DNA of 64,000 nt from positions 31,124,369-31,188,368 of the forward strand of contig NC_068983.1 of the NCBI RefSeq assembly GCF_001194135.2. Direction: 5' to 3'. A model generated the notes under the pieces. The model saw nothing but the letters and a program-made list of their open reading frames with translations. It was not told where the DNA came from and did not search any database. The DNA is from Octopus bimaculoides (lineage: Eukaryota). This document shows, in pieces, positions 63,495 to 64,000 of the stretch (positions are counted from its first letter, which is position 1; every line of letters starts with the position of its first letter). Position numbers and translations under genes: made by a program.

Positions 63495-64000
63495 ATAAGT
63501 ACAGATTCGGCACAATGGAGACACTAGCTCATTTCTAAGGTTGACCCTCCAATTTGTGGAGAAAGCTCGGTTTTGCATTGCCAGTGTAGTGCTCCCAGTC
63601 TCCTTTTTAAGTGTTCCTTTCTTCGACCAGTTCCACGTATGTTCTCCAGCAACTTCAGATGTGGCTACATGGAAGTGATGGTGTGGTCCCTTGTTGCATA
63701 GTTCTTCTTCATGTCCTTCTTGTACTTCTTGATTTGTTCTTTCCTTTTTCCTGCTTTCGCTATATTCTCACCTCTAACTGCAATTAACAAGGTTTCTTCA
63801 CTTTGGATGAGGTATCTCAGCAAATTCCCAAATTCGATATGCACGCGATCTTCCACATTTATCGGTCTCTTCCTCCATTTCCTTTCTTCGTGTATGAGCG
63901 ATCAGTTTTTGAACGTGGATGATAGGCTCCATGCTTAGTTAGGATCTTTCTTGCCTTCCTGTTCAACTCATTTAGCTTATCCTCTGTCCACTTCAGAATT
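63495..64000 (-). mobile_element. Degenerate R4/Dong-like RLE fragment (post-RT region)
   Basis: VEDRVHIEFGNLLRYL…; TWNWSKKGTLKKETGSTTLAMQNRAFSTN…SPLCRIC; continues beyond the window end. Confidence 0.72.

Overview
Eukaryotic, AT-rich, repeat-saturated DNA with many assembly gaps (N runs) that mostly abut microsatellites. The repeat make-up ((TACA)n/(CA)n/(TA)n/(TAA)n arrays, tRNA-derived SINEs) resembles an octopus draft genome; this is inferred from memory of such repeats, not from a search. I recognise no intact host gene, rRNA, tRNA or CRISPR array, and nearly all ORF-track entries are microsatellite, gap or antisense noise. The window is a graveyard of decayed mobile elements: a mariner transposase; L1/Tx1-like, CR1-like and RTE-like LINE fragments; a HERO/R2-like 5' end nested in a Tigger-like MITE; at least eight fragments of restriction-like-endonuclease (RLE, R4/Dong-like) retrotransposons; four Penelope-like GIY-YIG fragments; several SINE families; and several foldback/MITE elements. 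Three observations stand out. (1) Minimal Penelope-type hammerhead ribozyme motifs recur, including a ~330-bp palindromic element with a hammerhead core in each arm. (2) One RLE subfamily appears to sit in or end in (TACA)n microsatellites, whereas the other uses (TAA)n like Dong. (3) One (TAA)n array has taken serial insertions. All coordinates were read by eye and are approximate.
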